Assembly: GCA_002305475.1 (NCBI GenBank)
Contig: DBRB01000003.1
Location: 13,360-77,359, forward strand
Reading direction: 5' to 3'
Origin: a candidate division WWE3 bacterium UBA1379
GTDB lineage: Bacteria; Patescibacteriota; WWE3; UBA101185; UBA10185
Length of the DNA stretch: 64,000 nt
Below, piece after piece: positions 30,477 through 41,150 of the stretch. Numbering within the stretch: position 1 is the stretch's first letter; the number at the start of each line of letters is the position of its first letter. Below the pieces are notes generated by a model, which saw nothing but the letters and a program-made list of their open reading frames with translations, was not told the origin of the DNA and did not search any database. The position numbers and the translations under genes were made by a program.

Positions 30477-33111
30477 ATTAAACAATACAAATAAAATATT
30501 CTTCTTTTTTATTATTCTTGTATTTACATTTTTGCTCCAAAACGCCACAAAACAGTTTTATGCTGTTTCTTATGAACTATGTAGACCTGACTGGGAAGAA
30601 TGCAGATGCTGTACTACCGGAGATATTGATGATTTCTTGTGTAGAAATGTTAATTGCTGTGAAGCTTACGATGGAACACCCTGTGATTGTTCCAGGCAAG
30701 TCAGTATACCTGATGGTTGTACAACCTGGGGTACTTCAGCACCAGGATGGACTATACCCACACAAAGATTTCGAACGGAATATATTACTTGTAGGAATGA
30801 TAACGATAGAATGTGTAGAGATAATAATTCGCGAACAGCACGTTATTGTAACATCAACGGGAATGTCATTACTGCTACTGCCAACTATAATTGTACGTTA
30901 AATCCTCATTTAGAAGAACTCAATAGAACAGACGGATATAGAAATATGGACGAAAGACTTTATGAGCCGGATGATACAAGAACTTTTTCCTGTCCAGCAA
31001 ATATAAACGGTTATCTTAAAGTCAGAAGATGGTGGAATAATGCTTCTGCTCCCGCAGGTATGTATGATGCCCAGTATTATACGCCAGCACCTTTTGATAG
31101 ACCTGAGCATATTGCAACAGATCAATGGTGGACAGCACATTATTCAGGATATATTTATATTCCAGCCGGCTGGCGAAGAATACAAGCATGGGGTGCTGAA
31201 GATTGGATTGCAGAATGCCGCCAATTCTGTCAGGGACGCCCTTTTGTAAATTGTGGAACTAATTATAGTGCGTGTGGCTTACCAACTGAAAGATTTACGA
31301 TATATTTGGGTTATAGTAATGTGGATTCGAATACCATAGCCCCATCCGGCCAGATCCTTCCTAACGGAAATATGAGTGGTATGACAAGTATCGAGGTAAC
31401 CGGGGGAAGGAATTATTTTCAGAAATACTTTCAGGAAGGCTGGTATCCTTTACTTATTGATTATCGTCATACTGGTACATATACAAATAGTATTCAGGAA
31501 GTTGATGATGAATCCAGAATGCGAACCAGCACGTCATCTGATGGAAGTACATGGTCTGGATGGGGAGATTTTTCGGCATATCAGTTTAATTCCTGCCAGC
31601 CCGGACCTACCCTGGGACCTGTATGCACAGGTATTACCGGTCCGGCGTCCGTAAACAGAAGCACACCAGCAACATTTACAGCGAATGCCACAGATAGTGA
31701 TACTCCTGCGACTAATCTCCGATACACTTGGTCTGCTACCTGCGGTACAATTACATCTGCAAATCCGCGAACTGGCAATGCAACAATGTCTTGGGGATCA
31801 TCAACCACACCAGGTACCTGTACTATAGGTGCAACCGTCAGCGATGGCACACGCACTGGAGTCTGTCCTTCATTAAATGTGTCGGTTGGAAACAGACCGC
31901 CTGCCACCTGTAATATTTCTGATACTTTTACAGAAATTTATGTGGGTTCATCACGTACTCTGACTATAAATGGTACCGATCCGGATGCTGATCAATTATC
32001 TTATGTCACTTCATTTAATGTTTCACCTCAATGTGGAACTTTAGCTCCGGTTTCTTATTCAACGGTTCCGTCAGGTGCAAATAGGACATTTACGTATACT
32101 GCACCTAATACCAGCAGAAACGGTTGTACTTTGACTGCAACTATTCGTGATCCTTATAACGCTACAAGGACATGTTCATTCAATTTTGATGTGAAAAACA
32201 GAGAGTTTAACTGGTTCATCGGTGTAGACGGTGATATCTTTTCTGGAGATCGTACGGATATGCGTATCGGATTAACTAGCTCAGATAGTTTTTCTACTTC
32301 GTCACGATTTATCGGAAGGGATTATGCCAGTGTCTTTGGGAGGGGTGCATTTGATGTTGTTCGATATCTTTCTAACAATGCTACTCAGAATGCGGAAGTT
32401 GATACGAACAAATCAAATTTTATTGTCAGATATTCGACTGACAATTCCAATAATTATTGGAAAGATTTTCCGGATACGTTTACAGATTCTTCAAGTATTC
32501 CATCATGTAGTGTAAGCGGAGGTATATATATACTTGATGCTGGAGCTGTTTGTAAAATTGGTGTTGGCAATAATGGTTTAGCAGCAAATGTATATCGGGT
32601 TACCGTTCCTGGGTCTGATACTACTGCAAGCAATGATGTTGCATATATTATTGACGTGGGAACATCGGGGGATCTTGTTTTTTCAACCGACTTCAAACCT
32701 GCCGGAAATGGTTATGGACGCGCGGTATTGATTACACAAAGGAATGTGATAATTAGAAAGGATGTAGGTTATGCCAATTGGAATGCGCTGGACTTTAGGT
32801 TTAATATTCCTACCCTTGCACCAGATCTGAATAAGGATATGAAACCTAATATTGCCGCATCGATAATTACTACCGGTAATATTGTAGTTGAATCATCCGG
32901 AGATCCTTCAACAGAAAAGGTATTGTATGTTGATGGGCCATTGGTTGCAAAAGGTAGAATTCAAATGAATCGTTTCCCATACAACAATGCACCGGGTATG
33001 ATTGTCCGTTATCTGCCATGGTACTTAACCAGGATGGCCAATCAGGGCAGTAGTATTATGCTGGATTATGGAATATTAGATTCGGAAATTAAATGGGTTG
33101 GAGAAAATTAA
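30448..33111 (+). CDS. Large secreted Cys-rich protein with PA14-like and Ig/PKD-like domains (putative adhesin); true start probably MNRLN at 30469
   Basis: Signal peptide, Cys-rich N-terminus, WWTAHYSGYIYIP...GWYPLLIDY (PA14-like), two Thr-rich Ig-like repeats (ATDSD...YTWS; TDPDADQLSY), and a beta-rich C-domain. Confidence 0.75.
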   Translation: MLINFNLMNRLNNTNKIFFFFIILVFTFLLQNATKQFYAVSYELCRPDWEECRCCTTGDIDDFLCRNVNCCEAYDGTPCDCSRQVSIPDGCTTWGTSAPGWTIPTQRFRTEYITCRNDNDRMCRDNNSRTARYCNINGNVITATANYNCTLNPHLEELNRTDGYRNMDERLYEPDDTRTFSCPANINGYLKVRRWWNNASAPAGMYDAQYYTPAPFDRPEHIATDQWWTAHYSGYIYIPAGWRRIQAWGAEDWIAECRQFCQGRPFVNCGTNYSACGLPTERFTIYLGYSNVDSNTIAPSGQILPNGNMSGMTSIEVTGGRNYFQKYFQEGWYPLLIDYRHTGTYTNSIQEVDDESRMRTSTSSDGSTWSGWGDFSAYQFNSCQPGPTLGPVCTGITGPASVNRSTPATFTANATDSDTPATNLRYTWSATCGTITSANPRTGNATMSWGSSTTPGTCTIGATVSDGTRTGVCPSLNVSVGNRPPATCNISDTFTEIYVGSSRTLTINGTDPDADQLSYVTSFNVSPQCGTLAPVSYSTVPSGANRTFTYTAPNTSRNGCTLTATIRDPYNATRTCSFNFDVKNREFNWFIGVDGDIFSGDRTDMRIGLTSSDSFSTSSRFIGRDYASVFGRGAFDVVRYLSNNATQNAEVDTNKSNFIVRYSTDNSNNYWKDFPDTFTDSSSIPSCSVSGGIYILDAGAVCKIGVGNNGLAANVYRVTVPGSDTTASNDVAYIIDVGTSGDLVFSTDFKPAGNGYGRAVLITQRNVIIRKDVGYANWNALDFRFNIPTLAPDLNKDMKPNIAASIITTGNIVVESSGDPSTEKVLYVDGPLVAKGRIQMNRFPYNNAPGMIVRYLPWYLTRMANQGSSIMLDYGILDSEIKWVGEN

Positions 33112-33116
33112 CTAAT

Positions 33117-34166
33117 ATGAGTAAATATATTTATAAAAATGATAATAGATTTAAGAAGGGTCAGGCTCTTTTATTGGTGGTAGTAGCCATGACTGTAGCT
33201 TTAGCATTAGGCGTAAACGTATCCGTCAGAACTATATCCAACCTGTCACGTACAACAAGAAGCGATACCGCTTCAAGAGTTCTATCTGCTGCGGAAGCAG
33301 GCGCTGAGCGTTTTCTTTCTCTTGCAGCAGCAGATTTAGAAACTGCCGCCGGCGGAGATATCACATCAGCTTGTAATAAAGTCAATGGGACATCGTCACC
33401 AGACAAAAGTAAATGTACACTTCAGTTCGTAGGTGCAGATGATGTCAATGTAGTTGTAGATGTAAGTGTAGGTAGAGGAGGGCAGGATGAATATACATTT
33501 ATTCTTGAACAGGATACCACCACGGAGGTTCGTGTTAATCAGAACCCAGGTGATGGCGGATACAGATTTGCGAAAGTGTGCTGGAAAAGTATTAACCCTT
33601 CTTATAGAACAGATTTGTACTTAGTAACTTTGGGTACTACTAATACTGATGGAACTCATAGGGTATTAGGTAAACGCGTGCTAAGGCAATCATCAACTAA
33701 TCCATACAAGCCAGGAATGAGTAGTTATTCCTTAGTATCATCTGGGGGTACCGGTCAAATAATTAGTGCAGATTACTCGTCTTCTGATAGTGCTTACTGT
33801 AAAACTTTAGTTACACTTAAAGATGTTGCTGCAGATACAATACGAGCAGTGCGGTTTAGGGCTATTGGAGGAGATGCGGAAGTAACAATAACGGATGTCG
33901 GACGTTTGCCTGCTCAGGGATATACAATTACCGCATTAGGAACTTTATCTCAACCAGGCGGTAATATCATCAGAGAAGTTGAAGTATTCAAATCATATCC
34001 ATATCCCTCAGGTATCTTTGATTTTTCGATATTTTCGGGATCTGGTGGTTGGATAAATCACACCGGACAAACTCCCCCTCCTCCGGTTACACCATTTCCT
34101 ACACCTAGAAATGCCATTCCATTACCGTCGGTACCAACAGTCACTCCTACCCATTCAACTAGTTAA
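33117..34166 (+). CDS. PilX-like minor pilin with a Pro/Thr tail
   Basis: KKG|QALLLVVVAM hydrophobic helix and AAEAGAER motif. Confidence 0.8.
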   Translation: MSKYIYKNDNRFKKGQALLLVVVAMTVALALGVNVSVRTISNLSRTTRSDTASRVLSAAEAGAERFLSLAAADLETAAGGDITSACNKVNGTSSPDKSKCTLQFVGADDVNVVVDVSVGRGGQDEYTFILEQDTTTEVRVNQNPGDGGYRFAKVCWKSINPSYRTDLYLVTLGTTNTDGTHRVLGKRVLRQSSTNPYKPGMSSYSLVSSGGTGQIISADYSSSDSAYCKTLVTLKDVAADTIRAVRFRAIGGDAEVTITDVGRLPAQGYTITALGTLSQPGGNIIREVEVFKSYPYPSGIFDFSIFSGSGGWINHTGQTPPPPVTPFPTPRNAIPLPSVPTVTPTHSTS

Positions 34167-34200
34167 AGTAAAATAAATGGAAATATAAATATTACTTTAG

Positions 34201-34845
34201 TTAATGTAAGTTTATTATCAATGTTTCCAAGGCGAGTCTTGTATTGATATTAGTTTTTGATAAGTCGTCTGAAATCCTTGTGATTAACGCTATGTTATTT
34301 ACAGCCCTATCATTGATAAGTAAATGTGATCTTTCTATGCTGATCCATTGATCCAGCATATCCAGAATAACCTCTTTTTCTTCCTTGGCTGTCTCCTGTG
34401 CCCAGCTGAATTTCTCCTCAAAACTCATATATTTGACCTTCTCATATAATTTACTGTCTTCTGAGGTAAATGTGCTATCTGTCATCTTTATATCTTTCAG
34501 TATGCATCTGGACTGTATGGTTTCAAGCAGTGCATTTAATGTGGGAGTGCAAATTATAAAAGAGACATAAGAAGGGAGTTCTTCCAGAGTTTTTAATAAG
34601 GCATTCTGAGCATCTTTTGTCATTTTCTCTCCGTTTGTGATTATTATCCCCTTTTTCTTACCGATTATGGGCTTGTTTGCTGTGAATTTTATTGCTTCCC
34701 TTATTTGTTCAATTCCTATACTATTTTTATCTTTGGGAACATTGATTTGAAGATACTCTTCATCCTCTACTTCATCCGTGTATTCTTTAACCTTTGCTTT
34801 TCGTTCTTTTAATGTACCTCCGTACAGGATAACTGGACCGTTCAT
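34201..34845 (-). CDS. holB: DNA polymerase III delta' subunit (short)
   Basis: SIGIEQIR, EKMTKDAQNALLKTLEE, LLETIQSRC, N.RLALE. Confidence 0.85.
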   Translation of the reverse strand: MNGPVILYGGTLKERKAKVKEYTDEVEDEEYLQINVPKDKNSIGIEQIREAIKFTANKPIIGKKKGIIITNGEKMTKDAQNALLKTLEELPSYVSFIICTPTLNALLETIQSRCILKDIKMTDSTFTSEDSKLYEKVKYMSFEEKFSWAQETAKEEKEVILDMLDQWISIERSHLLINDRAVNNIALITRISDDLSKTNINTRLALETLIINLH

Positions 34846-34957
34846 AATCTAGAAACTATCTTCAACCATGTTTCTTGTCAATACTTTGTATGATATTATT
34901 TTCATAGCATGTGAAGTAAAAACATGCTGATGATTCTCACAATTGTGAGACCTGCCT

Positions 34958-36721
34958 ATGTTTAAAGTAGATACAAATACAAGAGGAATTGAAGAGGTAC
35001 TTTATGATAAGAAACTTATTACCTCCGATCAGTTATCCGCAATAAAATTTGAGCATGTAAATACCGGAAAAAGCATTGAATCTATTATTAAAGAGAGGGC
35101 TTATGTCAGTAATGATGATTTTGTAAAAGCATTGGGAGAGGCTTATGGTTTTGATTATGCTCCCCTTTCAGAAGAACAGGTCGATTCGAATCTTTTGGAC
35201 CTCATTCCATTAAGCTCAGCTAAAAAATACAATGTAGTGCCATTTAATTTAAATGGTAATAATCTGGCTGTGGCGATGGTTGATCCGCTTGATTTGCAGA
35301 CCATTGAATTTATTGAAAGAAAAACCGGGTATAAAGTAGTCCCCTTTATTACTACAGAAAAAAATATCGAACGAATTCTTGAAGAGCAGAAAGGTAAAGC
35401 AATCGGCGAAGAAATCAGTGCTGCAATGGAAGAAATCAGTCAGACCACTTTAAAACTTGATGAAACCTCAGGTGAACTTACTGATGCCACTATCCGTGAT
35501 GCTCCTATTGCCAGAATTGTGGGAATGATTCTGGAGACAGCGGTAAAAACTGGAGCATCTGATGTGCATTTGGAGCCGGGTGAAGATGTATCCAGACTCA
35601 GATATAGAGTAGACGGTATTCTGGAAGAAAAAAGAAAACTTCCTAAGGAGATGCATGATTCCATAGTTGCCCGTATTAAAATTCTGGGTAAGATGAAGAT
35701 TGATGAAAAGCGTTTACCTTTGGACGGTCGATTTAAAGTACAGGTTGGAAATACTTCAACCGATCTTAGAATTTCAACTCTTCCTACCATATATGGGGAA
35801 AAAGTTGTGATCAGATTATTAAAAGAAGAAGGAGCGGCCTTCTCATTTAAAGATCTAGGATTAAGGGGTCTATCTTTAAAACGTCTGGAGGAAGCAATTC
35901 TAAAACCAAACGGTATGGTGCTGGTAACCGGACCTACCGGATCTGGTAAGACTGTTACACTGGCTTCCGCATTAAGTAAATTAAATACCATCAGAGTGAA
36001 TATTGTTACTCTTGAAGATCCGGTGGAAATTCGTGTTCCGGGTGTAAATCAGGTGCAAATCAATCCTCAGGCAGGTTTAACATTTGCCACAGGGCTTAGA
36101 GCTTTTCTTAGACAAGATCCTAACATCATCATGGTTGGTGAGGTCAGAGACGGTGAAACTGCTGAGCTGGCTATTCATGCGGCTTTAACAGGTCACCTGG
36201 TTTTGTCCACTTTGCATACCAACTCTGCATCAGGTGCTTTACCTCGACTTTTAGATATGGGTGCGGAAAACTTTTTGCTGGCTTCCACGGTTAATGTGGT
36301 GGTTGCCCAAAGACTTGTGCGTAAAGTATGCAGCAACTGTGCTGAAGAATACGATCCTCCGGAGGAAGTTGTACAGGATATCAAAAGAGTGGTATCAGGT
36401 ATATCCAATGCCATGCTGGCACAGAATAAAGATCCGGATATTATGAAAGCCGTGAAGAAATCCCAGGAAAACAAAATCACTTTGAAAAAAGGCACGGGTT
36501 GTGACAAGTGTGCCAATACCGGATACAAAGGACGACTTGGAATATTTGAAGTATTAAATATATCCAATGAGATTTCACATATGACGCTAGAAAATGCACC
36601 CGCAGCAAAAATAGAAGCTATTGCTGTTGAGCAGGGCATGATAACATTAATGCAGGATGGTTATCTGAGAGTGTTGGAAGGCGCAACAACACTTGAAGAA
36701 GTACTTAGAGTCGCCAAATAA
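34958..36721 (+). CDS. pilB: Type IV pilus extension ATPase
   Basis: ASDVHLEP, GPTGSGKT, TLEDPVE, LRQDPN, GHLVLSTLHTN and CxxC zinc motifs. Confidence 0.95.
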   Translation: MFKVDTNTRGIEEVLYDKKLITSDQLSAIKFEHVNTGKSIESIIKERAYVSNDDFVKALGEAYGFDYAPLSEEQVDSNLLDLIPLSSAKKYNVVPFNLNGNNLAVAMVDPLDLQTIEFIERKTGYKVVPFITTEKNIERILEEQKGKAIGEEISAAMEEISQTTLKLDETSGELTDATIRDAPIARIVGMILETAVKTGASDVHLEPGEDVSRLRYRVDGILEEKRKLPKEMHDSIVARIKILGKMKIDEKRLPLDGRFKVQVGNTSTDLRISTLPTIYGEKVVIRLLKEEGAAFSFKDLGLRGLSLKRLEEAILKPNGMVLVTGPTGSGKTVTLASALSKLNTIRVNIVTLEDPVEIRVPGVNQVQINPQAGLTFATGLRAFLRQDPNIIMVGEVRDGETAELAIHAALTGHLVLSTLHTNSASGALPRLLDMGAENFLLASTVNVVVAQRLVRKVCSNCAEEYDPPEEVVQDIKRVVSGISNAMLAQNKDPDIMKAVKKSQENKITLKKGTGCDKCANTGYKGRLGIFEVLNISNEISHMTLENAPAAKIEAIAVEQGMITLMQDGYLRVLEGATTLEEVLRVAK

Positions 36722-36732
36722 TTACTGCCTAT

Positions 36733-37821
36733 ATGAGATTAGATGCAACACAAATATTGGAGCAAGTTGTAAGTAATAATGCATCAGATTTGCATTTATG
36801 CGTTGGAGTTTCTCCGCATATCAGGGTGAATACAGTACTCAGCCCTCTTGCTGATTATCCCCCATCGACAACGGAAGATATTGAATATTTCCTCAGTCAG
36901 GTTCTTGATGAAGATCAAAAATCCTTGTATGAAATTAATCGTGAGTTGGATTTTTCCATTGCCTTAGGTAATAAAGCACGTTTCAGAGTAAATGCCTTTT
37001 ATCAAAGAGGATACCCCTCGGTTGCCCTGCGTTCCATTCCCATGACAATACCTACTTTGGAGGACCTTAATTTACCGGAGATACTCGGAAAACTTTGTGA
37101 TCTTAAGCAGGGGTTGATATTGGTTGTCGGACCTACCGGGCATGGTAAATCCACAACCATTGCATCTATGATAGATAAAATCAACAACAGCAGGGCGGAA
37201 CATATCATAACAGTGGAAGATCCTATAGAATATGTGTATACAAATAAATCATCATTTATTGAACAAAGAGAAATGTATATTGATACTCATGATTGGGATA
37301 TTGCATTAAAATCAGTTCTTAGACAGGATCCTAACATCGTGATGATCGGAGAAATGCGGGATATTGAAACAATGACAGCCGCACTTCAGGTTTCTGAAAC
37401 CGGTCACCTGGTTTTTGCAACACTTCATACAAACTCAGCTGCCCAAACCGTAGAAAGAATTATTAACTCATTTCCGGAAGGATCAAAAGCCCAGGTACGA
37501 CTTCAGCTTGCCCAGGTATTAGAAGTGATCATTTCACAAAGACTACTCCCCTCCTCTACCAAAGGTATGGTTCCTGCGGTAGAAATAATGCTGGCAACCG
37601 ATGCAATCCGTAATCTGATTCGGGAAAACAAGACGCACATGATTGATAATACAATCCGAACCAGCATGTCGGTGGGTATGCAGCCGATTGAACGAGGTCT
37701 GGCACTTCTGGTGGAAAAAGGCTGGGTGGATGTATCTGATGCAATGAAATATGCCATTCTTCCGGATGAATTGGCAAGACTTTTAAAAAATTCAAAGTAT
37801 GTGAAACCTGAAAAACGCTAA
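36733..37821 (+). CDS. pilT: Type IV pilus retraction ATPase
   Basis: ASDLHL, GPTGHGKSTT, EDPIE, GEMRD, AIRNLIRE. Confidence 0.95.
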   Translation: MRLDATQILEQVVSNNASDLHLCVGVSPHIRVNTVLSPLADYPPSTTEDIEYFLSQVLDEDQKSLYEINRELDFSIALGNKARFRVNAFYQRGYPSVALRSIPMTIPTLEDLNLPEILGKLCDLKQGLILVVGPTGHGKSTTIASMIDKINNSRAEHIITVEDPIEYVYTNKSSFIEQREMYIDTHDWDIALKSVLRQDPNIVMIGEMRDIETMTAALQVSETGHLVFATLHTNSAAQTVERIINSFPEGSKAQVRLQLAQVLEVIISQRLLPSSTKGMVPAVEIMLATDAIRNLIRENKTHMIDNTIRTSMSVGMQPIERGLALLVEKGWVDVSDAMKYAILPDELARLLKNSKYVKPEKR

Positions 37822-37825
37822 GCCT

Positions 37826-39028
37826 ATGCCTTTGTTTAAGTATACAGCAACAGATACCAACGGGAATAGAAAAGAAGGAACCGTAGACGCGCGTTCTGAA
37901 GAACTAGCTGTATCTCTTCTAAAATCTCAGGGCTTTTTTGTCATAAATGTAGCAGAACAGAAAAGCGGTATTTTAGGATCAATTTCGGCAGTCAGAGGAA
38001 TTTCCGAAAGTGAAATAGTGGCTTTTACCAGACAGTTTTCCACCATGATTTCAGCTGGTCTTCCGATATCAAGAGCATTAGATGTTTTGGCGGAACAGTC
38101 TCCAAATAAAAATTTCAGGATTATGATGGGAAGTATATTGCGAGATGTTGAGGGTGGTTCTCCTTTATCCGCATCAATGGGACGTTATCCTAAGTATTTC
38201 AACCCTACCTACCAGGCATTAGTCAGAGCCGGAGAATCCTCAGGTAAACTTGATGAAATTCTTAAACGATTAGCTGCTACTATGGAAGCAAATCGGGAGC
38301 TTAAAGCTAAGTTCAAAACCGCCATGATCTATCCCACTATCGTCATGATTGCGATGGTAGGTGTGTTTTTCCTTTTGATGTTTACCGTTGTTCCAAAGTT
38401 GGCGGAAATGTATGAAAGCTTAAACATTGATCTTCCTCTGCCTACAAAAATAATGATCGCAATTTCCGATTTCATGGTTCACCGTTTTTATATTATGGCT
38501 TTGGTAATTGCAGGAGTAGTGTATTTAGTCAAAAGTTTTTTGAAGACGGAAACTGGCCGTGGATATATATCACGTTTAATGTTTTCCCTACCGGTTTTCG
38601 GACGTTTAAACAGATTAAGAGATATCACTCAGTTTTCCAGAACCTTAGGTCTTTTAATAGGTTCTGCGATTCCTATAGTTGAAGCATTAAAGATTGTATC
38701 TAATGTGGTAGCCAATGATTATTACAAAGATGCTGCTTTGTCCGCAGCAACAGTTGTGGAAAAAGGAGGAGCTTTATCCGAATATTTTAAACGTAATAAA
38801 GAATTCCCTCCTCTTCTGGGACAGATGGTAGGTGTGGGAGAAGAAACCGGTCAGCTGGATGAAGTATTGGAAAAAGTTGCAAATTATTTCAACAGTGAAG
38901 TAGACCATGCAATTGAAGGTTTATCAGCTTCACTTGAACCATTTATCCTTATCTTTTTGGGGAGTATGGTAGGTCTTCTTATTGTTTCGATTATTACGCC
39001 TATTTATAAGATTACAACATCTATTTGA
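37826..39028 (+). CDS. pilC: Type IV pilus platform protein (GspF family)
   Basis: FTRQFSTMISAGL, AGESSGKLD, AMIYP, VGEETGQLD, LEP. Confidence 0.95.
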   Translation: MPLFKYTATDTNGNRKEGTVDARSEELAVSLLKSQGFFVINVAEQKSGILGSISAVRGISESEIVAFTRQFSTMISAGLPISRALDVLAEQSPNKNFRIMMGSILRDVEGGSPLSASMGRYPKYFNPTYQALVRAGESSGKLDEILKRLAATMEANRELKAKFKTAMIYPTIVMIAMVGVFFLLMFTVVPKLAEMYESLNIDLPLPTKIMIAISDFMVHRFYIMALVIAGVVYLVKSFLKTETGRGYISRLMFSLPVFGRLNRLRDITQFSRTLGLLIGSAIPIVEALKIVSNVVANDYYKDAALSAATVVEKGGALSEYFKRNKEFPPLLGQMVGVGEETGQLDEVLEKVANYFNSEVDHAIEGLSASLEPFILIFLGSMVGLLIVSIITPIYKITTSI

Positions 39029-39074
39029 TGTCATCGGTGTGCAAAAGTATATTAAAGCACCTATAATATTTAAT

Positions 39075-39599
39075 ATGAACTCGAAAAACTTCCTCAGAAG
39101 AAGAAATAAATATACAGTCGGATTCACACTTCTTGAATTAATATTAGTTATGGCAGTTATTTCTATATTATCCGGATTGTTGATTGCGGTTATCAATCCC
39201 AGGGAAATAATGGCGAAAGGCCGTGACGCTCGCAGAATGACCAATTTGGATGTTATTCATAAAGCAATATCACTGGGACTTACGGAAGAAGAAATCAATT
39301 TGGTGGCAACCGGATCGTGCTCAGACTGTTCAAGTGCTACAGGTTCTCAGGCAGTGGACGGTACAGGATGGGTAAAATTTACTATCCCGACAGGTAAAAC
39401 AGGACTATCAAGATACATTCCGGCACTACCTCTTGATCCCAAAAACTCGGAGGGTAATATTTATACCTTTGGTTCTACTGCAACATCTTATGAGTTGAAT
39501 GCCATTCTGGAGGCAGAGGATAATGCAAGTATTATGAGTACGGACGGCGGAGATGATGTAAATGTGTACGAGGTAGGCACTTCTTTGAGTATCTTATGA
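39075..39599 (+). CDS. Type IV pilin
   Basis: G|FTLLELILVMAV; C-terminal DGGDDVNVYEVG motif. Confidence 0.9.
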   Translation: MNSKNFLRRRNKYTVGFTLLELILVMAVISILSGLLIAVINPREIMAKGRDARRMTNLDVIHKAISLGLTEEEINLVATGSCSDCSSATGSQAVDGTGWVKFTIPTGKTGLSRYIPALPLDPKNSEGNIYTFGSTATSYELNAILEAEDNASIMSTDGGDDVNVYEVGTSLSIL

Positions 39600-40477
39600 T
39601 CTTCATTTTTTACTATATTCTTTTGTTTATTCTGGGGTTATTTGTCGGATCTTTTTTAAATGTTATAGCAGACCGTTCCATCGTTGATGAAACTTTTATT
39701 AAAGGACGTTCCAGATGCGATAACTGTAAAAAAACATTATCGGCAAAGGATCTTATCCCGGTATTCTCATATCTGTTTTTGCAAGGAAAGTGCAGATATT
39801 GCAAGATAAAGTTATCAATCTGGTATCCGCTGGCGGAAATAATGACAGGAATTTTATTTACAGGATCGGCTTATATTTCACAGGTATTTACGGATTTTTC
39901 AATTCATTCTCTTTTTCTGTTCATATTTCTGATTACGGTATCAAGTTTTTATATGATACTGTTTCTCAGTGATGCCAAATACAAACTGATTCCTTCCAAT
40001 GTAATATATACATCAATCATTGCGGTATTTATATTTTTAATAATCATCCAGGGGTATACCCTATTTTCCACATACAGAAGTTTGAAAATTGATGAGTTTG
40101 GACAATACTTAATAAAAGCAGGGTATTTTAATGCTCAACTGATTGAAAGTGCAAAGTATTTTGGAATATTGCTGGCTAGTTCTTTAGGCTTGGGTGCTTT
40201 TTTTTGGTTTCTGGTATGGATAACCAGAGGAAAAGGTATGGGAGATGGAGATATAACACTTGCTGTACTTATCGGGCTTGTGAATGGTTTTCCTAATAAT
40301 ATTTTGGCAATATTTTTAGGATTTTTATTCGGAGCAGTGTTTTCCCTTCCCCTGGTTTTATTTAAAACAAAAGGTTTAAAAGATACCATTGCATTCGGCC
40401 CGTTTTTGTTAATCGGCAGTGCTGTAGCGTTTATCTGGGGATCGAGAATTCTTGATTGGTATCTACAGTATCTTTAG
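39596..40477 (+). CDS. pilD: Prepilin peptidase
   Basis: GSFLNV, RSRCDNC, GKCRYC, SDAKYKLIP, GMGDGD, FGPFL. Confidence 0.95.
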   Translation: MIFIFYYILLFILGLFVGSFLNVIADRSIVDETFIKGRSRCDNCKKTLSAKDLIPVFSYLFLQGKCRYCKIKLSIWYPLAEIMTGILFTGSAYISQVFTDFSIHSLFLFIFLITVSSFYMILFLSDAKYKLIPSNVIYTSIIAVFIFLIIIQGYTLFSTYRSLKIDEFGQYLIKAGYFNAQLIESAKYFGILLASSLGLGAFFWFLVWITRGKGMGDGDITLAVLIGLVNGFPNNILAIFLGFLFGAVFSLPLVLFKTKGLKDTIAFGPFLLIGSAVAFIWGSRILDWYLQYL

Positions 40478-40485
40478 TAACGTCC

Positions 40486-40514
40486 TTGACAGTGTATCTG
40501 AACTGAATCATACT
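40486..40514 (+). promoter_or_regulatory. Sigma70-type promoter of the probable major pilin
   Basis: TTGACA-N17-CATACT. Confidence 0.65.
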
Positions 40515-40600
40515 TAATGTATAAAAGTTATTACCTGCCCATGGAAAATATAAATCAAATAGGAAAATTGAATATAAAGAAGAAAGGGGGTGTAGAGAAT

Positions 40601-41047
40601 ATGAGAAATCGAAAAGGTTTTACACTTATTGAACTTTTAATCGTTATCGTTATTATCGGTATCTTAGCAGGAGTAGTACTTGCGGTTATGAACCCTGCTG
40701 AGCAAAGAAGAAAAGCAGCAGTTAGCGTTATGCGAGCAAATTTAGACAAGATGTGTTTAGCGATGAGCGCATGTGCATCAACTGTTACTAGTGCAGCAAG
40801 TTGTGATACAGCAGCTGAAATTGGTATCACTGTTGATGGTTCAGGTAATCCTACTATGAATGGTGTCCCTGTAGGGGCAGCTTACACAATAGGCGCAAGC
40901 GGTCAGGAGCTTACTGCAACAGCAACAGGAACGAATTTGGGAACAGGAGGTACGGTTGATTGTATATATACATGTACACACGACGTTGATACTGGTGAAT
41001 CCACACCTATTACGGCAGACAATCCCGCAAACTGCTTTAACCTTTAA
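40601..41047 (+). CDS. Probable major type IV pilin
   Basis: MRNRKG|FTLIELLIV with a short leader and strong SD; has its own promoter and terminator; six Cys. Confidence 0.88.
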   Translation: MRNRKGFTLIELLIVIVIIGILAGVVLAVMNPAEQRRKAAVSVMRANLDKMCLAMSACASTVTSAASCDTAAEIGITVDGSGNPTMNGVPVGAAYTIGASGQELTATATGTNLGTGGTVDCIYTCTHDVDTGESTPITADNPANCFNL

Positions 41048-41070
41048 TCATTGGCTTGATAATACTAAAG

Positions 41071-41102
41071 TATCCCCGGTTAACCGGGGATATTTTCTTT
41101 TC
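41071..41102 (+). terminator. Terminator after the major pilin
   Basis: Perfect palindrome TATCCCCGGTTAACCGGGGATA plus a T-rich tail. Confidence 0.8.
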
Positions 41103-41132
41103 TTGACAAATCACCTACTTAGTCTTCATACT
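41103..41132 (+). promoter_or_regulatory. Sigma70-type promoter of the minor-pilin operon
   Basis: TTGACA-N18-CATACT. Confidence 0.5.
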
Positions 41133-41150
41133 ATTCATAACATACTGTCC

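Noticed and set aside
35440-36639. Long antisense ORFs in pilB, and similar ones in hppA, gyrA/B, recG and the ATPase
   Set aside because: They are codon-bias shadows of conserved genes and carry no motifs.
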